DNA of 58,289 nt from a virus. Its lineage: Duplodnaviria > Caudoviricetes. The stretch spans positions 1-58,289 of IMG/VR virus record IMGVR_UViG_3300027513_000017, one strand, 5' to 3'. The notes under the pieces were generated by a model. The model was given only the letters and a program-made list of their open reading frames with translations. It did not search any database and was not told where the DNA came from. Position numbers and translations under genes: made by a program. Every line of letters starts with the position of its first letter. Positions within the stretch are counted from its first letter, which is position 1. Shown here piece by piece: positions 8,226-17,378 of this stretch.

Positions 8226-11200
8226 ATGGCCGTTTGCACAGTTACAGGAATAACTCAAGGTCTTGCTCTGAACTCACTCACGGGTTTAGTTGAGTTCGTC
8301 CCCGTTGCAGGCGTCAAAATCTTCGTTAAGAAGATCAATCTTTCCGGCACAATAATCCAATACAGAGAAAAGAAAGTCGCTACCTCAAACTCTCTCGGTG
8401 AGGTCGAGTTTGAGCTTCCCCGTGCTTGCAACGCACTGATTGAGGGGCCATTCATAATCGGGTCAACCGACTTCTCAAGTGGAGTGTGGGTATCAATCCC
8501 TGACGCTGCTACGGCAGACTTAGAAGACTTGGGTGAGGCTGTTGTATTAGTTCCTAATGCAATGGCCGAACATCTAGCGGCGGCTGATCCTCATGCTCAA
8601 TATCTTCTAGCCGCAGAAGGGGCCGCGTTAATCACGGCTCACGAAGCAGCGGTTAATCCACATCCGACATATCTAACGCAAGCCGAAGGCGATGGCCTAT
8701 ATGGGCCAAAACAAGACTTCATAGTTGGGGATTACGCATCACTAGCACTTGCGGTGGCAGGGGCGACGGCGGTAGGCGGAACGCTGATCATTAACTCAGC
8801 GGCGACTTGTCCGACGAACTTAACGGTTCCGGCAGATGTCACTTTGCAGTTCACGCGCAAGGGTTCAATCTCGATTACTACAGGCGCAACGCTCACTATC
8901 GTTGGTCCAATTCAAGCAAGTCCTGTTCAAATCTTTAGTAATGCCGTCAGTGGACAGGGAACGGTTTCTTTCGCAGGCAACACGTCGTTAGAAAAGGTTT
9001 ACCCGCAATGGTGGGGCGCAGTCGGTGACGGATCAACTGACATTCGTGCAGCGGCTCAGGCAGCTCTCGACGCGGTGGGAACAGCGGGGGGCGGTTCGGT
9101 ACATTTCATTGCCGCCTCAAGCGGTTATTACACGACCGGATCGCTCCGCCCGTCATCGAACACCACTGTTTCAGGAGACGGCTATCTCTCGCAAATCAAA
9201 TGCCCTACTGCGGGCTGGACGTTATCGTATCCAACGAACTACGGCATCATCAACATTGACCGGAAATCGAATGTTCGCGTCACAGGTCTGAGGATTACCG
9301 GAACCAACTCAGTCGCTACCGCAACCACAGCTCCAAAACTCATTTTCCTTGATGGAACACTAGCAAGCCCGATAACAAACATTCAGATCGACCACAATTC
9401 TTTCGACACGACAGTTGATGAGGGCATTTGGCAGGGTGGCGCTCAGGCTTACATTACCAAGATAGATATTTCAAACAACTACTTTACCAACATTGCCTAC
9501 AAGGGAACGGCCTACGGTGGCCTGCCGACGATTCAGTTCAACGCTGAAGAAGGCACGATCTCCAATAACCGTTTTTATCAAGTAGGGATGGCGATCGGGG
9601 CTTCAGGCGCGAGAATCACGATTACAGGAAACGTAGTAAAGGATGTCTCAGCCAACGCGATTTCTATTGGAGATGACACAGAGATCGGCGTCACTACTAT
9701 TACCGGAAACACCGTCGAGTTTAATGAGCAGGCCTCGGGAAGTTCGCGCTCTGGCATATTGCTAGGTGGAGGCGTAACGAATCGATCAGCAGTAGTAAGC
9801 GGCAATATGGTTCGACTCATAGGCACGGCGGGAATAGGCAGCGCACGTTGTTATTACGTTGAAAATATTGGCGATGCTTTGGTGGTGGGTAATTGGGCGG
9901 AGATTCAGGTTCGGGGCAGAGGATTTGTAGTTGTAGGAACGGCGGCGGGGTCAACTGTTGACCTTAGATCCAACACCGTGAAGATCGTCTCTGAAAGTGG
10001 AACGTCGCTAGCTTTTAACGCTCGGCCAAATGGTGGCGGACAGACTCTCAACTTAATCTCTTCTGACAATCATGTATACGGCATCAGCGGAGAAGGTCAG
10101 GGATCGTTTGCCTACGACTACAGAGACGCTGGAGGTGGAACGCTTAATTCGGTTTCACAAGGGGATTGTGCTAGCGGGGGATACATTGCCACAGGGTCTA
10201 ATCAAATCTACCAGGCCGCAAACCTGAATCTCTCTAACGTCCCTGTCTACGACAATGCGAGTATTACCGCTTATAGCGCGTTCTTAAGTAACCCTTTACT
10301 TCGCACGCTAAGTATTGCTCCACCAGTCAGCACTCAGACCATCGCTTCAGGAGTTATCACAATCACCGGAGCGGGAGTTAGTATCGCAAACAGACAAACT
10401 CGGCTCCGCATTGATACCGAGAGCGCGGCGGCGAGTGACGATCTGGACACAATCAACGGCGGGCTAGATGGTGACATTCTTATCTTACAGACCATAGTTA
10501 GCACCAGAGATGTCGTGGTTAAGGACAACACTGGAAACATTCTCTGCGGCTCAAATGTGACACTAGGCACTACGAGTGATCGACTAGTCCTTCTATATGA
10601 CGGAGGTCTAAGTAAGTGGGTACAACTCGCTAGAAGTATCGGCGGCGCGTTTCAGATCACCTCGGCGGGCACTGACTACGCTACTAAGGCGTACATCCTA
10701 AGAAATAGCAGTGGCACGGTCTTGCAAACTGTCACCAGCGATGGGCGGACTTACATCGGTGCTGACACGGGGACAGACAGCAACCTCGTTGTCACGAATC
10801 CGTCGGGCTCTAGCAAGGTCTTGTTAGCAATGAAAGATTTGAATGCTACTGGCACCCCCGAGCTAACTTTTGCGGGGGGAAGTAGCGCGGTTAGTATTTA
10901 CCTAAGCGGAAGCAGCGGCCTAATAAATTTCGGTAACTCTGGAGTTCAAACCCAACAGGTTGTCTTAAACACAGCAAATAACATTCTTAGTTTTGGTGGA
11001 GCGGCGTCTGCGTCCTTTCCAGGTCTCAAGCCAAGTTCCACTACACTCCGCGTTCGACTCGCCAACGACTCAGCCGATGCGCCGTTCTCCGCATCTAACG
11101 CTACCTTCTCAGGGTACATCTCCAACACCGCTCCAGTAACTAAGACAGCAGACTTCACTTGGGCCGCTACTGAGAATTGGATCATTGCTGACAAGGCGGC

Positions 11201-11417
11201 GGGAACACTCACTGCGACACTCCCCGCAGCCGCATCCTTCACTGGTCGGACTCTTGTAATCAAAACCATTCAAGCGCAGACCGTTGTGAGCGCGAGTTCC
11301 AATGTGGTCCCGCAAGTTGGCGGTGCGGCAGGAACGGCGATACTTGCCGCCACAGCGGGCAAATGGGCGCGACTCATTTCAGACGGCTCAAATTGGATTG
11401 TAATGGAGAGTAATTAA
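8226..11417 (+). CDS. Tail fibre/tailspike with pectin-lyase-like right-handed beta-helix (putative depolymerase)
   Basis: HxAAxDPHxQYL repeats; WWGAVGDGSTD..AAQAALDA motif; many I/V-x-G/N-N beta-helix repeats; W..ISDGSNWIV C-terminus; GGAAGG RBS. Confidence 0.85.
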   Translation: MAVCTVTGITQGLALNSLTGLVEFVPVAGVKIFVKKINLSGTIIQYREKKVATSNSLGEVEFELPRACNALIEGPFIIGSTDFSSGVWVSIPDAATADLEDLGEAVVLVPNAMAEHLAAADPHAQYLLAAEGAALITAHEAAVNPHPTYLTQAEGDGLYGPKQDFIVGDYASLALAVAGATAVGGTLIINSAATCPTNLTVPADVTLQFTRKGSISITTGATLTIVGPIQASPVQIFSNAVSGQGTVSFAGNTSLEKVYPQWWGAVGDGSTDIRAAAQAALDAVGTAGGGSVHFIAASSGYYTTGSLRPSSNTTVSGDGYLSQIKCPTAGWTLSYPTNYGIINIDRKSNVRVTGLRITGTNSVATATTAPKLIFLDGTLASPITNIQIDHNSFDTTVDEGIWQGGAQAYITKIDISNNYFTNIAYKGTAYGGLPTIQFNAEEGTISNNRFYQVGMAIGASGARITITGNVVKDVSANAISIGDDTEIGVTTITGNTVEFNEQASGSSRSGILLGGGVTNRSAVVSGNMVRLIGTAGIGSARCYYVENIGDALVVGNWAEIQVRGRGFVVVGTAAGSTVDLRSNTVKIVSESGTSLAFNARPNGGGQTLNLISSDNHVYGISGEGQGSFAYDYRDAGGGTLNSVSQGDCASGGYIATGSNQIYQAANLNLSNVPVYDNASITAYSAFLSNPLLRTLSIAPPVSTQTIASGVITITGAGVSIANRQTRLRIDTESAAASDDLDTINGGLDGDILILQTIVSTRDVVVKDNTGNILCGSNVTLGTTSDRLVLLYDGGLSKWVQLARSIGGAFQITSAGTDYATKAYILRNSSGTVLQTVTSDGRTYIGADTGTDSNLVVTNPSGSSKVLLAMKDLNATGTPELTFAGGSSAVSIYLSGSSGLINFGNSGVQTQQVVLNTANNILSFGGAASASFPGLKPSSTTLRVRLANDSADAPFSASNATFSGYISNTAPVTKTADFTWAATENWIIADKAAGTLTATLPAAASFTGRTLVIKTIQAQTVVSASSNVVPQVGGAAGTAILAATAGKWARLISDGSNWIVMESN

Positions 11418-11504
11418 CATGGACATTTCAGAATTCGATAATTTAGCAGACTGTCTTAATTCTCTGACTCCTGAAGAACGCGAAGAAGCAATCTAAACTA
11501 AACC

Positions 11505-12251
11505 GTGCCTTACTCCGAACCGCGAAAACTCAACACTAAACGCGGACAGCATAAGTACCTCAACAATGCGTGGTGTATTAAGTGTCGTCAGCCGATGGCT
11601 CGACACGCCCGCAACTTCACCTGTAGCAACTGCCATCTTGCAACCCGACTTAGTTCAGTCGCAACGGTTCGTTCTCCTCGGTCCGTTTCAACTAAAAGAA
11701 TTCAGCGGCCAGCGGCTACCCGCCCTTACTGTCTGAAAGACAGGAATCAGATGTCGCACTACGGCAAAAGGTGGCGTTGTTCAACGTGTGGCAGAGAGTT
11801 AAACAAGCATATTGTCAGGCCAATACGTCGCGGCACGATGAAGCAAAACGTAAGTCCAGAGAACCCGTGGTGTCTAACTTGTCGAATGAAGATGTATAGC
11901 AATGGCGAGAAGCGGCGCCGCTTCCGCTGTCGTCGTTGCAGGGTCAATGTGCTCCCGCAAACAACCCGCTATGTCTCATCAGTATTCAGATGGCAGACAC
12001 GCGGATTGGTAACTGATGCCAATCTCCCTAACGAGTTTTTGCAACGAATGGATCGTTCGGTTCCTTATGGATTACCACAAGAAATGCGGGAAGACATTTT
12101 GCAGGAGTTAATGATGGAAGTCTTGGAAGGCATCAACAGGGTTGTAGCGAACGTGCCTGAGTTCATTCGCAAGTACAAGAAGGAGTACCCATTCCGAATG
12201 TACTCGCTGGATGACCCGTATTCAGGTTTAGCAGAGAGGTTAGTAGGATGA
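11505..12251 (+). CDS. Multi-zinc-ribbon protein with a helical C-terminal domain (possible regulator)
   Basis: Five CxxC motifs plus one CxxD; basic N-terminus; REDILQEL...YSLDDP tail. Confidence 0.6.
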   Translation: MPYSEPRKLNTKRGQHKYLNNAWCIKCRQPMARHARNFTCSNCHLATRLSSVATVRSPRSVSTKRIQRPAATRPYCLKDRNQMSHYGKRWRCSTCGRELNKHIVRPIRRGTMKQNVSPENPWCLTCRMKMYSNGEKRRRFRCRRCRVNVLPQTTRYVSSVFRWQTRGLVTDANLPNEFLQRMDRSVPYGLPQEMREDILQELMMEVLEGINRVVANVPEFIRKYKKEYPFRMYSLDDPYSGLAERLVG

Positions 12252-12559
12252 AAACACGAACTAAAGTAGGAATTGGCATTGCAGGAGCTGTTACCGCAGG
12301 AGCGGCCTTGATGTTTCAATTACAACAGCCGGCTCCAGTAGTTATCCAGGCTAAGGAGCCTGAGTGCATCTTTGATCCGCCGAAGTCCACGAACGCGATC
12401 AACGCTCCGTGCTTCACCGTCCTTACCGCGGTGGCCAAGGATGACAAAGGCGCGACTGGCGTCCATCCCGTAGTCATTCACTTCACCCCTAAACCATCAC
12501 CGACTCCACCGTGCAAGATTGTTTCGACTGTCAACGGGCCTCGGTGCGTTCCGCTCTAG
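12248..12559 (+). CDS. Small membrane-anchored or exported Pro-rich protein
   Basis: N-terminal hydrophobic segment; ATGA overlap with the upstream gene. Confidence 0.6.
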   Translation: MKTRTKVGIGIAGAVTAGAALMFQLQQPAPVVIQAKEPECIFDPPKSTNAINAPCFTVLTAVAKDDKGATGVHPVVIHFTPKPSPTPPCKIVSTVNGPRCVPL

Positions 12560-13171
12560 TTACTCATCCTCTGCTGAACGAGCAGCGGCTCGGTCGGCAA
12601 TCCAGCGGAAGCGTTCAGCCGCGTCACTGTTAGCATCGACACACTTGGCTCCTGCTTGGGCTACTTCAACAATTCTAAGCATCACTGAACGCAACAAGAC
12701 CAAGTCCGTCTCTTCGCTAACGCTGCTGGTGAACTCACACTTGCAGCCGCACTCTTTAGATTCAGGAGCCTCGTCGTGCTCGATCCACTTTTCACAGATA
12801 CCTCCTTCGTTGTCGCTGAATCGTTCTTCGTGTCGGCACAGAACACAGCGGCGAACGGCGACGTACTCTTGCGGTGGACAAGCTATGCACTCCATCGACC
12901 ACAGGACTCCGTGTTCACACTTGCTGCTGGCTGAGTCAGCGGGAAGAACAATCGCATCCGGCGCGTCGGGGTCTAACTCCCTGCGGAGCGCGAGCATTCG
13001 GATCATCTCATCGCGTTGGTCAGCGGGAGCGGTTACGTTTACCATCCACGCCCGACATTGTTCGCAGGTTACTCCCTGAACTTTTCGCCAATTGCACTTT
13101 GGGCATTCCCAAGTAACGTGATTCTTGTTGTCAGCGGGAGCGGGTGCGTCGCAAGGTTTAGCTATCGGCAT
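12560..13171 (-). CDS. Cys-rich hypothetical early protein
   Basis: Last gene of the leftward operon; multiple CxxC; GGAGG RBS. Confidence 0.65.
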   Translation of the reverse strand: MPIAKPCDAPAPADNKNHVTWECPKCNWRKVQGVTCEQCRAWMVNVTAPADQRDEMIRMLALRRELDPDAPDAIVLPADSASSKCEHGVLWSMECIACPPQEYVAVRRCVLCRHEERFSDNEGGICEKWIEHDEAPESKECGCKCEFTSSVSEETDLVLLRSVMLRIVEVAQAGAKCVDANSDAAERFRWIADRAAARSAEDE

Positions 13172-13468
13172 TTACTTCCCTCCTTCGGCTGCAAGGGTAA
13201 TGGACTCTAACGCGGTAATGAGTCTGTTAGTCCAGTCACGCACCACCGCTTCGTACTCGGCCTTTGAAAAGGTTAGAGATGGATCGCGCAGCCGCTTTTT
13301 CACCGCTTCAATACACTTCGCCTTCATTGCTTCTGCGCTTCGTTGGCGGGATTCTCTAATTGCCTTTTGTAGCGCAATAGCTAACTCGTCTTGCATCTGG
13401 TCAATAACGTCTGCGACCACGCGATCTACCACGTAATCTTCACCGTCGATTTTGATTGTTTGATTCAT
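13172..13468 (-). CDS. Hypothetical protein
   Basis: Tightly packed ORF in the leftward operon. Confidence 0.6.
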   Translation of the reverse strand: MNQTIKIDGEDYVVDRVVADVIDQMQDELAIALQKAIRESRQRSAEAMKAKCIEAVKKRLRDPSLTFSKAEYEAVVRDWTNRLITALESITLAAEGGK

Positions 13469-13470
13469 CT

Positions 13471-13974
13471 TTAATCCCACCATTCGCCGCCATCTGGCTT
13501 GCAGTTCTTGAGTGCTTCTGACGGATTACAAAAGTCACAACGAAAGACGTGTCCCGTACCTTTGCACGTACAGTCGGCTGGATGCTCGGTTCTAATTGGG
13601 TGCTCGGTGCATAGGTAGGAACTCATTGGAACGCCCATATCGCACTTATCGCATTCAGGGTCGCGCTCGATTACTTGCGCGTCCTTCTTCATTGCTTCTC
13701 CTGCATCAGCGGGAGCGGCTGCTAGGTGGCGGGAGATGGCGTCTACAAGTTTCAAGCCTTTGGCGTAGGACGTGTCGTTGCGGACGTATTCGAGAACATC
13801 GCGCAAGTCGTCCAGCGCGGTTTGCCACTCAGCGTCTACTGTAGTTGCTCGGCGTTCTAACCATGACTCGAACACGCCTACCAGCGCATCAATGTCAGCG
13901 TTCTCCAGCGAGCATCCAGCAATATCCGACTCCGCAATAGCGCGGGTTAATTCGGTTCGTTCCGCGTCGTTCAT
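13471..13974 (-). CDS. Hypothetical protein with a C-terminal Cys-rich region
   Basis: ATGA-coupled ORF. Confidence 0.6.
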   Translation of the reverse strand: MNDAERTELTRAIAESDIAGCSLENADIDALVGVFESWLERRATTVDAEWQTALDDLRDVLEYVRNDTSYAKGLKLVDAISRHLAAAPADAGEAMKKDAQVIERDPECDKCDMGVPMSSYLCTEHPIRTEHPADCTCKGTGHVFRCDFCNPSEALKNCKPDGGEWWD

Positions 13975-14078
13975 TTCAGCCACCATATTGTTGCGACTAC
14001 GACCACCACAAAGATGAGCATCTTCAAGTATTCTTGTTGAAATCCAGTTAGATTCTTATACCAAGACCAAACTTTCAT
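13971..14078 (-). CDS. Small membrane protein (35 aa; absent from the ORF track)
   Basis: MKVWSWYKNLTGFQQEYLKMLIFVVVVVATIWWLK; ATGA overlaps at both ends. Confidence 0.55.
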   Translation of the reverse strand: MKVWSWYKNLTGFQQEYLKMLIFVVVVVATIWWLK

Positions 14079-14695
14079 TGTGGGCCATCCTTTCTCGAAT
14101 ATGCAGGACTATTCTCTATTGGCATCCAGAGTGTCGGGGTGATCGGTACGGTATTCCAGCAATCAAACTGACCGTCCCACACCGCTCCAATAAATTCTTC
14201 CCCATTGAATACGCACTCGACCGAACCCCACGGATTGAAGTCAGCGTGAACGAGTTCAGGACTGTAAGCACGAAAGGTTGTGCCATCACGCGGGATAGTT
14301 TCAAGAGGTTGCCATACTGTAGTTGCTGGTACAGGGGGAACCGTGGCGAGCAAGTCCATTGCCTTGCATATCGACTCATGCGCTTTTAGCCTTCGCTTCT
14401 GAATCTCTAGTCCGTCTTCCTTTGGTTTGAGATTCGGATCGTTTGTGAAATTGACTAAGCCATAAGTGCGAAAGTTAATGACGTGAAGATCACCCAGCAC
14501 ACTTGAAAGTAATTCGTTCACCGCTTCTCTCCCAATCAACTCACCTGGGGGAGAGACGGGAATGATTTTCATGGTTCGCATTCCTGAGCCTCCACAGTAT
14601 TTACACTCAACGGTCAGCGTGTTCATAAATGGGACTTTGCCCTTTCCCTTACACGGTTTGCACGTCTCCGGTGCTGGTTGGTTATCTGTAGTCAT
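14075..14695 (-). CDS. Hypothetical protein with a DnaJ-like Zn motif and a DUF551-like C-terminus
   Basis: CxxCxGxG twice; WQPLETIPRDGT...PTLWMP; AAAGGAG RBS. Confidence 0.65.
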   Translation of the reverse strand: MTTDNQPAPETCKPCKGKGKVPFMNTLTVECKYCGGSGMRTMKIIPVSPPGELIGREAVNELLSSVLGDLHVINFRTYGLVNFTNDPNLKPKEDGLEIQKRRLKAHESICKAMDLLATVPPVPATTVWQPLETIPRDGTTFRAYSPELVHADFNPWGSVECVFNGEEFIGAVWDGQFDCWNTVPITPTLWMPIENSPAYSRKDGPQ

Positions 14696-14903
14696 GGTTG
14701 CTCCTTTCGTATTCCGCACAATCAGCCATGAACCTGTCAGATGAATCATCAGGCGGTAGCAGGATGTTGTAGCGTGGATGGGCCACAAAGCGACGGTGGC
14801 AACGCTGACAGACGACTTCGTAAAGAATGAAAGCATTGCGTCCCGTAGCGACCGTATCATGCCCGTACCAACGACAGCGAAGCCACTTGAAAAACTTCTC
14901 CAT
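14682..14903 (-). CDS. Hypothetical protein (C-x-x-x-GH..CxRC type)
   Basis: LRCRWYGH...CQRC; purine-rich RBS. Confidence 0.55.
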   Translation of the reverse strand: MEKFFKWLRCRWYGHDTVATGRNAFILYEVVCQRCHRRFVAHPRYNILLPPDDSSDRFMADCAEYERSNHDYR

Positions 14904-14923
14904 CTACTTCCCTTCCTTTCCTG

Positions 14924-15055
14924 CTACCAAAGCGGCAGCTTCCAAACTAGCCACATCCAAGCGGCCTTTCCGACTATTGCGAGAATCAGGGCGAGCAGCG
15001 CAATTCCCGCGTGAATCCAACCGAGTTCGCTGTTATTACACCGGCAATCGGACAT
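14924..15055 (-). CDS. Small membrane protein (43 aa; absent from the ORF track)
   Basis: MSDCRCNNSELGWIHAGIALLALILAIVGKAAWMWLVWKLPLW; ATG abuts the upstream stop. Confidence 0.45.
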   Translation of the reverse strand: MSDCRCNNSELGWIHAGIALLALILAIVGKAAWMWLVWKLPLW

Positions 15056-15385
15056 CTACTTTTCCTTTCCTGCTGCTGCGGTTGCTTTCTGCGCTTGCTC
15101 GAATCGTTTAAGAATCTGGAAGCGGTCGTGTCTAACGACTTCCTCGCCCGACTCGGACAAGTATTTAGATCGCGGCGTTTCGTGTACCGCTAACGTCGCT
15201 TCAGCCCACACCTTTGCTCGCTCTGCTGCTAGAGCGGCTTCGTGTTCGGCTTCGACTTCTGCGAGCATTTCTAGTTCTCGCTCCGCACGAGTTTCTAAAG
15301 TTCGCTGGAGCATGTCTCGTTGCTTGGTTACTTTCGCTAACTCAGCGCGGAGTTCATCGTTAGGTACTGCATTGATGTCAGGCAT
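15056..15385 (-). CDS. Coiled-coil hypothetical protein
   Basis: ORF with AGAGGA RBS. Confidence 0.6.
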   Translation of the reverse strand: MPDINAVPNDELRAELAKVTKQRDMLQRTLETRAERELEMLAEVEAEHEAALAAERAKVWAEATLAVHETPRSKYLSESGEEVVRHDRFQILKRFEQAQKATAAAGKEK

Positions 15386-15387
15386 GG

Positions 15388-15690
15388 CTAGATGTCCTCT
15401 CCGGCGAGCATTTCAACAATCTCATTTTCCAACCATTCGTTCTCTTTACTGAGTTCAAGGTACGCTCTGGCAATGTCCGGCGCGGCGGCGATGAACCTGC
15501 CAGTGTCGTCACGGAGTAGATCAGTCATCCCAACAGCAAGTCGCGGGCTTTCCACTACCGTCCAAGTTAGAACCTCTCCGTTGTGTATCTCGGTACTGGT
15601 TACGCGCTCAACATCGGAGTCGTAATCCCACACTCCCTGCGTAATCTTCTCCAGCAGTGCTGCTACCGTCTCTGCATTGATGTCGGTCAT
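15388..15690 (-). CDS. Ead/Ea22-like protein
   Basis: TQGVW...RFIAAAPDI motif; AAGGAG RBS supports the 15690 start. Confidence 0.6.
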   Translation of the reverse strand: MTDINAETVAALLEKITQGVWDYDSDVERVTSTEIHNGEVLTWTVVESPRLAVGMTDLLRDDTGRFIAAAPDIARAYLELSKENEWLENEIVEMLAGEDI

Positions 15691-15700
15691 TTGAGACTCC

Positions 15701-15910
15701 TTAAAGGTCGATGTCGCGGGCTTCGTGGTATTCACATGAAGGCTCGTGGTTAGGATAGTCGGCATTACAGCACCACCAAATCCCGACATTCTCTTGCCAA
15801 ATTGCGGGATGCGGTTCTGCGATGGGAATAAGCGTGCCTGCGTGGTGCTGTTTCTCATCGCAGCGCAAACATGCCTCGGTCTCTGCATTGATGTCTTTAG
15901 TGGTGGTCAC
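15701..15910 (-). CDS. Hypothetical protein
   Basis: Coupled ORF; AAAGGAG RBS. Confidence 0.5.
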   Translation of the reverse strand: MTTTKDINAETEACLRCDEKQHHAGTLIPIAEPHPAIWQENVGIWWCCNADYPNHEPSCEYHEARDIDL

Positions 15911-16089
15911 TGAACTTGTGCTCCTTTACGTCTTTGCAACTCGCGCCACGCTCCGTAAGGGCCACGCCAAAGATTACCTTCAGGGTCTTTCCAGACGCTA
16001 AAACGCTCTTGCTTCCAGCCCGCGATTTCAAGATCGCGCTTCCACGTTTCAATGGAGTGAGAGTCGCCCACTGTTACTGATTCAGACAT
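15907..16089 (-). CDS. Hypothetical protein
   Basis: WKDPEG..WRGPYGAW; AAGGAG RBS. Confidence 0.6.
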   Translation of the reverse strand: MSESVTVGDSHSIETWKRDLEIAGWKQERFSVWKDPEGNLWRGPYGAWRELQRRKGAQVQ

Positions 16090-16092
16090 TAG

Positions 16093-16293
16093 CTACTCCT
16101 TCGGGCACATCACGCAATTCATCGCGTCTCTGGCGGTGTCGTACATTTGATCGCAGTCGTCGGACGGACACCAATACTGTTCCGCGTATTCATTGAAACA
16201 AGGCTCGCCAGCGGGTGCGTCACAGTGAAGACATTTTTCTAATAACTTGCGGTCTCGCTGCTTGGGTTTGCCGTCGATATGTACGTGCCTCAT
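16093..16293 (-). CDS. Small zinc-finger protein
   Basis: CxxCxAxxGEPC motif. Confidence 0.55.
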   Translation of the reverse strand: MRHVHIDGKPKQRDRKLLEKCLHCDAPAGEPCFNEYAEQYWCPSDDCDQMYDTARDAMNCVMCPKE

Positions 16294-16298
16294 CCCTG

Positions 16299-16751
16299 CT
16301 ACTTCCCTTTCGGCTTGTACTGTTCAGCCAAGTCTTCAAGTTCTAAGTATGTAAGTTTGCCGTGATCCCAACTGCGTCTCTCGAGTTCGTCGAATCGCTC
16401 AAGTCCTATCCTGGCTATCAACGCCAGCTTCATCGGCTCCTTATTTTCTTCATGTAAATAATTGCAGCGTTCACAGGTTGAAAGGCAGTTATCGGAATCA
16501 TATTCAGTTGCCGGAATTGCCCGACTAAAATAATGTCCGCAAGCCGTGGCGGGCGCACCGCAGTAGCAGAACGGATCTCGCTTGCGTATCCACTTGCTGA
16601 ACGCGATGGTGATCTTTTGCTTCATCCAGGCTTCCGAATTCGGGACCACCTTCCGCACAGGGCGCAGCCGCTTCCCTGATTTCTTCAAGGCTGTACGCAC
16701 CATTGGCTTGGAAGATGGTTTGATTTGAAATGTAGAGTTTGGGTAGTTCAT
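16299..16751 (-). CDS. NinG/Rap-like recombination endonuclease
   Basis: FSKWIRKRDxxCxC..CGHY.SR...NC...CxxCN; in an early operon. Confidence 0.75.
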   Translation of the reverse strand: MNYPNSTFQIKPSSKPMVRTALKKSGKRLRPVRKVVPNSEAWMKQKITIAFSKWIRKRDPFCYCGAPATACGHYFSRAIPATEYDSDNCLSTCERCNYLHEENKEPMKLALIARIGLERFDELERRSWDHGKLTYLELEDLAEQYKPKGK

Positions 16752-16754
16752 CTC

Positions 16755-16949
16755 TTATTTGCGCTTCTTCTTTTTCTTAGCGTCACTGCGTAGCTTGTCG
16801 ATTACCTTGTCCACGAACTTCCATCGAGCATCGTCGTCGTCAACCTTTGGGCGGCGAAATGTTAGGTGCCAATCAGACTCGTAGAACACGCTGAATACAG
16901 CCTCACGGATGTCACGTTCGCGTTTGGTAAAATCGCCCACTCTTTTCAC
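16755..16949 (-). CDS. Hypothetical protein
   Basis: GTGA-coupled ORF. Confidence 0.5.
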   Translation of the reverse strand: MKRVGDFTKRERDIREAVFSVFYESDWHLTFRRPKVDDDDARWKFVDKVIDKLRSDAKKKKKRK

Positions 16950-17254
16950 GCTGCGTTTGATTCCCTTCTCTGTAGCTTCTTCCCCTGCTCAACTGCGCGA
17001 ATAAACCACGCCGCGATGTGAGCACAGCACCCAAAGTGCGGACACGATCCGCCGTAGATGCGCCGACACGTTGCAAACATTCCTGACTTCGTTTCCTTGA
17101 TCGTTACCGTGTACTGTCCGTGCGGCTTGCTCTTGTCTTTGCGGGCGACAAAGTAGAGACCTTGATCCAGGTGCTTCACAGTAAACCTATCGGCCCGCGC
17201 TAATTGGACTGCGCGTCGATGAGTCTTACGGAAGTTGTTGTCGATCAGGATCAT
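16946..17254 (-). CDS. SWIM-like zinc-finger protein
   Basis: Y-x-V...C..C....CxHxxA pattern. Confidence 0.55.
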   Translation of the reverse strand: MILIDNNFRKTHRRAVQLARADRFTVKHLDQGLYFVARKDKSKPHGQYTVTIKETKSGMFATCRRIYGGSCPHFGCCAHIAAWFIRAVEQGKKLQRRESNAA

Positions 17255-17378
17255 TGTTTCTGCTTCTTGTCTCTCAAGGGTTTATAGAGACGCTTAATTT
17301 CAACGCTCAAACATGAATCACAAACCCACTCGGGCGAGTAGAGCGCGTCTACTTTCTTGTGGCACTTGGGACAGGTCA

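Noticed and set aside
12519-13844. Plus-strand ORFs overlapping the leftward operon
   Set aside because: Shadows of tightly coupled minus-strand genes with good RBSs
15367-15895. CRISPR-like array from the short repeats
   Set aside because: The repeats are 13-17 bp, 200-300 bp apart and coding; there are no cas genes
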